A DNA stretch of 51,125 nucleotides from positions 1 through 51,125 of the IMG/VR virus record IMGVR_UViG_3300043433_000078; one strand, written 5' to 3'. The DNA is from a virus. Lineage: Duplodnaviria; Caudoviricetes. The notes below the pieces were generated by a model that was given only the letters and a program-made list of their open reading frames with translations, was not told the DNA's origin and ran no database searches. Within the stretch, counting starts at the first letter, position 1; every line of letters begins with the position of its first letter. This document shows, piece by piece, positions 46,004 to 51,125 of the stretch. A program made the position numbers and the translations under genes.

Positions 46004-47161
46004 ATGAAAAGTACAGTTAGAACAAATTTTGAAGCGATTATTGATAGAATTAATGAATCTGCTCAATTTGGTATAAATAATACCAAACTTATTAGTGCGG
46101 TTATTCCAAAACAGGCACAATTTGATTTATTTTTAACAAATTTAACCAAAACAGGAGGAACAGCATATAGTGATACAATTAACTTATTAAATAAACTTTC
46201 AGGAAAGGATATTGAGTTATTTGTCGAAGGGCTTGGAAAATATGCAACAATCGAGAGCTTACAATCTAACTTTATGAAAGAACTAAAGAGTTCTGCATTC
46301 TCAAATTCTTTGTTTAAAACAAAGGCTGGAGGTATTGGAGAAGGAGAGTTATGGATTGCATGGTTAGTTTCAGGTGCTAGGGTTTCTGGAGGTGGAGAAT
46401 CATTTGATATTACACATAATGAAAAACAGCAATATGAGGTTAAAACATATATGGAAGGTTCTGGAGCAACTGGTCCATTTAGACTTGGAAATGCAGGAGC
46501 AGCTTCAAGATTTATATGGTTAAGAAGATTAAGACATGTTGCAGAAATATCGGAAGAAATTGTTAAAATTCCATCATTACAAACGATGCATCCTGAGATT
46601 TATAATGCTGCGATTGGAATGAATTCAAGAGCTGAAAAATCTCCAGCTAACGATTTCTCTAGAGGAGAAGTTTCCAAAGAATTAATGGCATCAACTCTTA
46701 ATTTTATAGACATTATTAATGGAATATTGAACACTAGAAAAACAGGATACGATTTAATTGAAATTAAATCTACTTCTCCAGGATTTCCAAATATTTCATT
46801 GTTAATCGAACCATCGTCACCTTCTGATATTCAAGCTGGTAAATTCAAAGTAATCAAGCAAATAAACATGTCAGATGTCAGTGGAGAAGAGGCCCTATTT
46901 AGAATGCTTACTAAAAATGAGTATCTTAGAGGAGGAGTTAGTTTGTTAATTAGTGACATCAACACTGGAATTTCAGAGGTTGAAGCTAAATATAACAAGA
47001 TGACTTTCTTAGTATTTAGAAAAGATGCAATGAATTTAGCCTCTAAATTGGTAAAAGTTACCGGAAAAACCTCAGCGGATATTGTAGCACAATATGGATC
47101 TGCTGCAAATTCAGTATTTAGTATGTCGGGAGCATTATTAAGAGTAAGAGAAGCAGTTTAA
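46004..47161 (+). CDS. hypothetical protein with PD-(D/E)XK-like motif
   Basis: GIGEGE...SFDI......YEVK. Confidence 0.55.
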   Translation: MKSTVRTNFEAIIDRINESAQFGINNTKLISAVIPKQAQFDLFLTNLTKTGGTAYSDTINLLNKLSGKDIELFVEGLGKYATIESLQSNFMKELKSSAFSNSLFKTKAGGIGEGELWIAWLVSGARVSGGGESFDITHNEKQQYEVKTYMEGSGATGPFRLGNAGAASRFIWLRRLRHVAEISEEIVKIPSLQTMHPEIYNAAIGMNSRAEKSPANDFSRGEVSKELMASTLNFIDIINGILNTRKTGYDLIEIKSTSPGFPNISLLIEPSSPSDIQAGKFKVIKQINMSDVSGEEALFRMLTKNEYLRGGVSLLISDINTGISEVEAKYNKMTFLVFRKDAMNLASKLVKVTGKTSADIVAQYGSAANSVFSMSGALLRVREAV

Positions 47162-47168
47162 TAGCAAC

Positions 47169-47345
47169 ATGACACAAGAGGAATGGAATAATTATATTGA
47201 CACTGGTTATGTTCCCCAATATTTTATAAAGGAAATAGTGGAGAAGATAAAGAGTGGTGATACGCTTAACATCAGACACCTTCAGGTGTACATGACGCAT
47301 GGCTCGATCATAGAATTATATCTGTCGACTAAAAATAAGAAATAA
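47169..47345 (+). CDS. hypothetical protein (58 aa)
   Basis: MTQEEWNNYIDTG...; fills the gap; below the ORF-track cutoff. Confidence 0.55.
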   Translation: MTQEEWNNYIDTGYVPQYFIKEIVEKIKSGDTLNIRHLQVYMTHGSIIELYLSTKNKK

Positions 47346-47346
47346 T

Positions 47347-47754
47347 ATGAAACACGTTAAACTATTTGAAGACTTTTTAAATGAATCGAAGAATGTCGAT
47401 TCAGCAATAGAACGTATTGATAGTTTGCCAAAAGGTTCCACATTTGAAGATGCTAAAAAGATAGATGGAATATTCAACAAGAGTAAATATACATGGAGCG
47501 AAGTTATTGAAACATTTGAAAAACACCAAAAAGAGGCAAAGATTAAATCGATAAATATTAAGGACGTTAAAATAACGCAACCAAATATTCAAAGCAACAA
47601 AGTTAAGGCAATGTTACAGGATTTTGATAAATTGCCATCGATTAATATGGTACAATTTAAAGATGAATTAGCAATATATGATGGGCATCATCGTTTAATG
47701 ACTGCATGGGCTCTTGGAGAAACTAAAATTAAAGTTAATCTTGTAAAAGCATGA
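47347..47754 (+). CDS. MKxxKLFE-leader protein with ParB/Srx-like domain
   Basis: MKHVKLFEDFLNE; IYDGHHRL.A. Confidence 0.75.
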   Translation: MKHVKLFEDFLNESKNVDSAIERIDSLPKGSTFEDAKKIDGIFNKSKYTWSEVIETFEKHQKEAKIKSINIKDVKITQPNIQSNKVKAMLQDFDKLPSINMVQFKDELAIYDGHHRLMTAWALGETKIKVNLVKA

Positions 47755-47960
47755 AAAAAGTTAAACTATATGAAGATTTCGTAAATGAGTCGAAATTCAA
47801 AGTTAATGATACATGGGAATGGCATACTTCTGATGGAATTAAAACTGTAAAAATAGTAAATATCAAGCCTAACGGAGATATTATTGGTAGAATCGACGGA
47901 GATTCTCAAGATTTCATTGTTAGAGATGCTGATAAATACCTTAAGAAAAAATTAAAATAA
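47751..47960 (+). CDS. MKxxKL(F/Y)E-leader protein
   Basis: MKKVKLYEDFVNE. Confidence 0.7.
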   Translation: MKKVKLYEDFVNESKFKVNDTWEWHTSDGIKTVKIVNIKPNGDIIGRIDGDSQDFIVRDADKYLKKKLK

Positions 47961-47968
47961 ATAGAACG

Positions 47969-48475
47969 ATGAAACACGTTAAACTATTTGAAAACTTCAT
48001 AAATGAAGAAACCCAATTTCCAGCTCAATTTGAAATTGACGAACCAGTATCTTTTAAAACTGCAGAAGCTGACTCGGAAAGATGGGGAACTGTAGTTAAA
48101 GTATCATTCACAAAGGCAAAAGTCTGATATGATATTCTTGATGACTACACAGCAACTGTAATTGAAGATATCGATTCAGTATTTGTAAAAACATTAAGAA
48201 GTAATATTAAACTGGAAGAGCCAACTAATGAGGCTAAAGAATCTCAATATCCTCAAGAGGTCCAAGATATACTGAAAAACATGGCTGATAACTTACCAAT
48301 TAAGAAATATCAACTAGGTGCATTCAATAACTATGGAGTATGGTTTATTGAATTACCATTTACAGCAATTCATTCCGGAAACCTAAAAAAGATCGAAAAG
48401 TTCTTACCAGAATTCTCAATTGGAATCTACCAAGGTTACTCAGGACTTTCAATCAGAACAAACATATCCATATAA
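47969..48475 (+). pseudogene. MKxxKLFE-leader protein with an in-frame TGA at 48125-48127
   Basis: MKHVKLFENFINE...KAKV*YDILDD... continues in frame into ORF 48281..48475. Confidence 0.7.
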
Positions 48476-48478
48476 ACT

Positions 48479-48844
48479 ATGAAACATATAAAACTATTCG
48501 AACAATTCGTAAGTGAATCAGACCATAACATCTGGGAACCTGTCGAAAATGCACCGAGTCCAAAAGCTTACAAAAGTAGAAGTGGTAACTATATCATCAA
48601 TATGACTGCTAAAAAGCTGGACGGAACAATCAATAAAATAGTCAAAAAACCAAAATCAGTAGAGGGAGAATATTACCAAATCCTAGCAGACGATAAAGGA
48701 AGTATTGTATTTTTTGAATTGACCGAAGTAGCAGAAGAAGCTGCAAAATTACTAAATGGAGAGGTAATCTCTTCAGTAACATTATCAAACGGAACAACTG
48801 AATCAGCATCTTCAAGAGGTGGTTCATTCATCATTATCAGATAA
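48479..48844 (+). CDS. MKxxKLFE-leader protein
   Basis: MKHIKLFEQFVSE. Confidence 0.7.
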   Translation: MKHIKLFEQFVSESDHNIWEPVENAPSPKAYKSRSGNYIINMTAKKLDGTINKIVKKPKSVEGEYYQILADDKGSIVFFELTEVAEEAAKLLNGEVISSVTLSNGTTESASSRGGSFIIIR

Positions 48845-48851
48845 GTAAACT

Positions 48852-49061
48852 ATGGAAAACATTACACTAGGACAGAAAAGAGTCCAAAGAAACTTTAACC
48901 CTTCGGCAAACCCAATTATCGAAGACCTAAAAGAACAACATGCAAATCTAATCGATAAATTAGAAGCAATGAAAGATTTTAAAAATGCTCGAGAAATCGC
49001 AATTGCTCAAACCAATATCGAAACTGCTTGTATGTATGCAGTAAAGGCTCTATTCGTATAA
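48852..49061 (+). CDS. Acb2/Tad1-like helical hairpin protein (possible signalling-molecule sponge)
   Basis: C-terminal REIAIAQTNIETACMYAVKAL resembles the Acb2 C-terminal helix pattern R..AI..T.I.T..M....A. Confidence 0.55.
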   Translation: MENITLGQKRVQRNFNPSANPIIEDLKEQHANLIDKLEAMKDFKNAREIAIAQTNIETACMYAVKALFV

Positions 49062-49088
49062 ACAAATATATAAACAAATATATAAACA

Positions 49089-49346
49089 ATGAAACACATT
49101 AAACTATTTGAACAATTCGTAAACGAAGCTAGAATAAGCTCTTCAGATCAAAAGAAATTATATGCATTTGCAGAACAGGTTTCTGAAGAAATCCTAGACG
49201 AAAATCCAAAAGCAGATGAGGATGAATTTTCTCCAGATGCAATGATCGAATACTTCATGGATCAAATCGAAATGAACGGATATTCAGTCGCAGAATTTAT
49301 TAACGATTGGAACTGGAGAGAAATGACAATGGAACTAGGACTATAA
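49089..49346 (+). CDS. MKxxKLFE-leader acidic protein
   Basis: MKHIKLFEQFVNE. Confidence 0.7.
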   Translation: MKHIKLFEQFVNEARISSSDQKKLYAFAEQVSEEILDENPKADEDEFSPDAMIEYFMDQIEMNGYSVAEFINDWNWREMTMELGL

Positions 49347-49371
49347 GATACTTAATAAAACTAACATGAAC

Positions 49372-49396
49372 AGGGAACTCAAAAGGTTCCCTTTTT
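49372..49396 (+). terminator. intrinsic terminator
   Basis: AGGGAAC-TCAAAAG-GTTCCCTTTTT. Confidence 0.75.
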
Positions 49397-49399
49397 CTA

Positions 49400-50250
49400 T
49401 GCACCTCAGTCCAACCCTTCACCCAGGTTTTCACAATCCAAGATTTCTATATGTACACTCACCATCTCAAGAGAAGTGTTCCTAGTCAATATCTCCCAAA
49501 GTGGGGTCCGGGTGGCCAGAAACCCCGGCCCAACCCCCAAAAAAGAAATAATAAAAGAAAATCTTCTAAATATTCTAAAACATCTAAATAATCTATAACA
49601 TCTACATATACAACATCTATACAATACTCTATAAGATATAAGAATACCCGTACCCTCCAAGCCCCTCTCTATTATTCTTAAATCCGTATCTCCACGGTAT
49701 CGCAAAATCTTTAAGCTCTCACAGTCCCTACATACACGCGCGCGTAGGGTACACTTTTCTCACAATCTGTGTCCAGTTCAAGCATTTCAAGATTTAAAGG
49801 ATATATAAGCACTCACTAGAACAAGAACAGTAGCTCCTGATACAGACCTAGACTCAGTGGGCTCCCCATCCCCAGGTCAATGTTCAAATGCCCTTGTTAA
49901 ACACGACAACGAGCATTCACACCCTCCGGGCCTCTCGGGACCCTGTTCCACCCTCTCCAGCACCTTTTTCTAGAGCCCCTGCGGGCCGAGTGAAATTTTA
50001 CACCACCGGACCACCGAATTCACCCAACACGGTTAGTTACAACTCACAGCGGCCCACACCGGCAACCGGAGATTGGTATTCTACCACCCCCGTTGGACGG
50101 AGTCATCCAGAAAAGGTCAAAGATTTTGCAAATATCACCCGACTCACACGAAAGTGAATTTTGTCTGGTGATTTTCGGAGTTGTCAGACCCTGGAACGCA
50201 CGAAAAGGGCAGACCACCACAATCTACCCTGAACGCTATCAAATTAAAAA
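49400..50250. other. long non-coding, C-rich region at the strand switch
   Basis: No credible ORF; higher GC; degenerate (A)CATCTA repeats at about 49560-49635; palindrome ACGCGCGCGT. Confidence 0.55.
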
Positions 50251-50253
50251 GGG

Positions 50254-51123
50254 TTATAGTTCCGCAACTTCAGATTTTAATTCTTCTGGAATACCGTCTT
50301 TGTCGAATCCGAATAGTTTGTCAAAGGCATTGGATTCGCCTTCTAAGGCTTTACGCTCTTCTAAAAGGATCTCGTCGTTGAATAGGTCTCGTGTATATCG
50401 GCCCTCATCGAAAGATACTCCGTTAGATAATTCGAAATATAGTTTCTTACCTACCTGTCCTGTTCTGTTTTTAGAGAATTCCATATATCTACGGCCAGAG
50501 TTTTCGTTACCGTCCCAGTCAAGGCTCATCATCGCGGTTGTCATGTGTTTTAACTTGTTTGAGCCAACGAAATTACCGCCTTTAGATAATTGCAGAATGG
50601 TTACGAATGTTGTGTAGATTTTACGGTCATTACCGCCCTTGTTATGTTGGGTCATAAGGTCTAGGAACCACTTTTCAGTTTTACCTCTTGTCATATTACA
50701 CTCTTCCTTGATTGTGTCATTTACTTCTGTATAAGAGTCAGTAAGGACCACGTCGTAACCTTGAAGGAGTACATATTCTATAACTTGCTTTGGACAAGAT
50801 TCAGTGTAGTCTGAAAGGAATAAGATTGGCAATTGGCCCCAATTCGGGAAACGTTTTAAGTATCTTGCCATGTCGATTTGGTTCATTTCAGCTGAGATAA
50901 AAAGAACACGTTTTCCTGATTCATGAAGCTTAGATAGTAACTCTAAAAGGACTGTCGTTTTACCAACACCTGGAGCTCCAGCAGCCATGATATTTGTTCC
51001 TGGTAGGAAACCACCTTCAGTTGAACAGAATTGGTCAAAGATCGTATCTGTCTTTAAGGATTGGAATAGGGAATCGTCGATATTTAAGTCATCTAATTTG
51101 GTTAAGGTAACTTTGATCTCTTT
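50254..51123 (-). CDS. RadA/Sms-like RecA-fold ATPase, 5'-truncated by the window edge
   Basis: GG..PG, Walker A GAPGVGKT, LFISAEM, Walker B VVLTDS, Q..K.G...GS..LKH, KNR; frame stays open to the window end. Confidence 0.8.
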   Translation of the reverse strand, partial: KEIKVTLTKLDDLNIDDSLFQSLKTDTIFDQFCSTEGGFLPGTNIMAAGAPGVGKTTVLLELLSKLHESGKRVLFISAEMNQIDMARYLKRFPNWGQLPILFLSDYTESCPKQVIEYVLLQGYDVVLTDSYTEVNDTIKEECNMTRGKTEKWFLDLMTQHNKGGNDRKIYTTFVTILQLSKGGNFVGSNKLKHMTTAMMSLDWDGNENSGRRYMEFSKNRTGQVGKKLYFELSNGVSFDEGRYTRDLFNDEILLEERKALEGESNAFDKLFGFDKDGIPEELKSEVAEL

Positions 51124-51125
51124 TG

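Noticed and set aside
48125-48127. Genome-wide stop-codon reassignment
   Set aside because: TGA and TAG end many genes at natural boundaries, and long genes are intact under code 11.
49406-50617. ORFs 49406..49705, 49888..50157, 50093..50617 and 50181..50381
   Set aside because: Low-complexity or antisense to the RadA-like gene; composition is unlike real genes here.

Overview
This is an AT-rich, gene-dense segment of a large (probably jumbo) dsDNA phage genome. The host is most likely Bacteroidota, judging by TAnnTTT(G/A)-type promoters, A-rich leaders without Shine-Dalgarno sites and an Hc1-type histone-like gene. Nearly all genes are on the + strand. Recognisable genes cover NAD salvage (Nampt family), RNA end-healing and CCA addition, denV, an ATP-dependent DNA ligase, two GIY-YIG homing endonucleases (one splits thyA with no visible intron or intein), cell-wall hydrolases, ferritin, PAP2, a 1511-aa collagen-like protein, eight proteins sharing an MK(H/K)xKL(F/Y)E leader, an Acb2-like protein and a partial RadA-like ATPase. 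The most striking features are non-coding. At 18.26-18.79 kb, three RNA elements share a closing stem with the motif AGG-N4-TT(A)C(A/T)GCAA...CCTG. Two of them enclose circularly permuted tRNAs (3' half first, acceptor end sealed by a loop) and one encloses only a Tyr-type anticodon loop; they alternate with normal tRNA-Ala and tRNA-Leu. At 13.07-13.98 kb there is an array of four tRNA bodies with intact acceptor and T arms but replaced anticodon regions, separated by highly structured spacers. Three recurring promoter classes, an exact 498-bp tandem duplication and three probable frameshift or nonsense lesions are also visible. All protein calls come from motif recognition by eye; no searches were run.
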